Origin: Octopus sinensis
Taxonomy: Eukaryota
Length of the DNA stretch: 64,000 nucleotides
Assembly (NCBI RefSeq): GCF_006345805.1
Contig: NC_043013.1
Coordinates: 50,158,001-50,222,000, forward strand
Direction: 5' to 3'
Shown: in pieces, positions 63,780 to 64,000 of the stretch
How the letters are laid out: each line of letters opens with the position of its first letter
Numbering within the stretch: the stretch's first letter is position 1
The notes under the pieces: model-generated
Told to the model about the DNA's origin: nothing
Seen by the model: only the letters and a program-made list of their open reading frames with translations
Databases searched by the model: none
Position numbers and translations under genes: made by a program

Positions 63780-64000
63780 GAATCTTCTCTCTATATATAA
63801 ACGGCAGTTTATCTCTGTGTGTTTCTGTGTGTCTGTTTGCTTGTACCCTCACCCTGACCATGGCTTTCAACCGATTCTGATGAAACTTGACACACACATA
63901 GCCCAATGTCATAATTCAAAACTAACGCAGCGAAAATTTTGAAAAGTTACCCCAGTTCTGAAAAAAATCGATAAATTCGACATGGGGTCGAGAATCAGAA

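Overview
Eukaryotic, AT-rich, repeat-dominated DNA. The tRNA-derived SINE families, (TA/CA)n tracts and LINE complement suggest an octopod cephalopod; this is inference, not verifiable here. The window holds the middle of one large minus-strand host gene. I rebuilt eight phase-compatible exons by hand (54227-54431, 33157-33320, 29235-29288, 23197-23365, 16210-16382, 11854-12026, 10425-10569, 4214-4240), plus one candidate cassette exon. Together they encode a Cys-rich, sequon-rich, probably extracellular protein with three divergent CUB-like repeats; both ends are unresolved. The introns are filled with transposons: a Tol2/Ac-like hAT (38180-49225) that splits a SINE and carries nested LINEs inside its own intron, including a near-full-length RTE with a 10-bp TSD; CRE-, R4/Dong-, CR1-, L1/Tx1- and RTE-clade LINE remnants; two solo LTRs with perfect 5-bp TSDs and a Gypsy integrase + 3'LTR fragment; a mariner; piggyBac-type MITEs; and a cluster of non-autonomous Helitrons with head-to-tail junctions. 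Three hammerhead-ribozyme-like motifs (56391-56441, 57072-57213, 57817-57895) lie next to a Penelope GIY-YIG remnant. Almost all ORFs in the supplied track are TE fragments or low-complexity artefacts. All alignments and folds were done by eye; no database searches were run.
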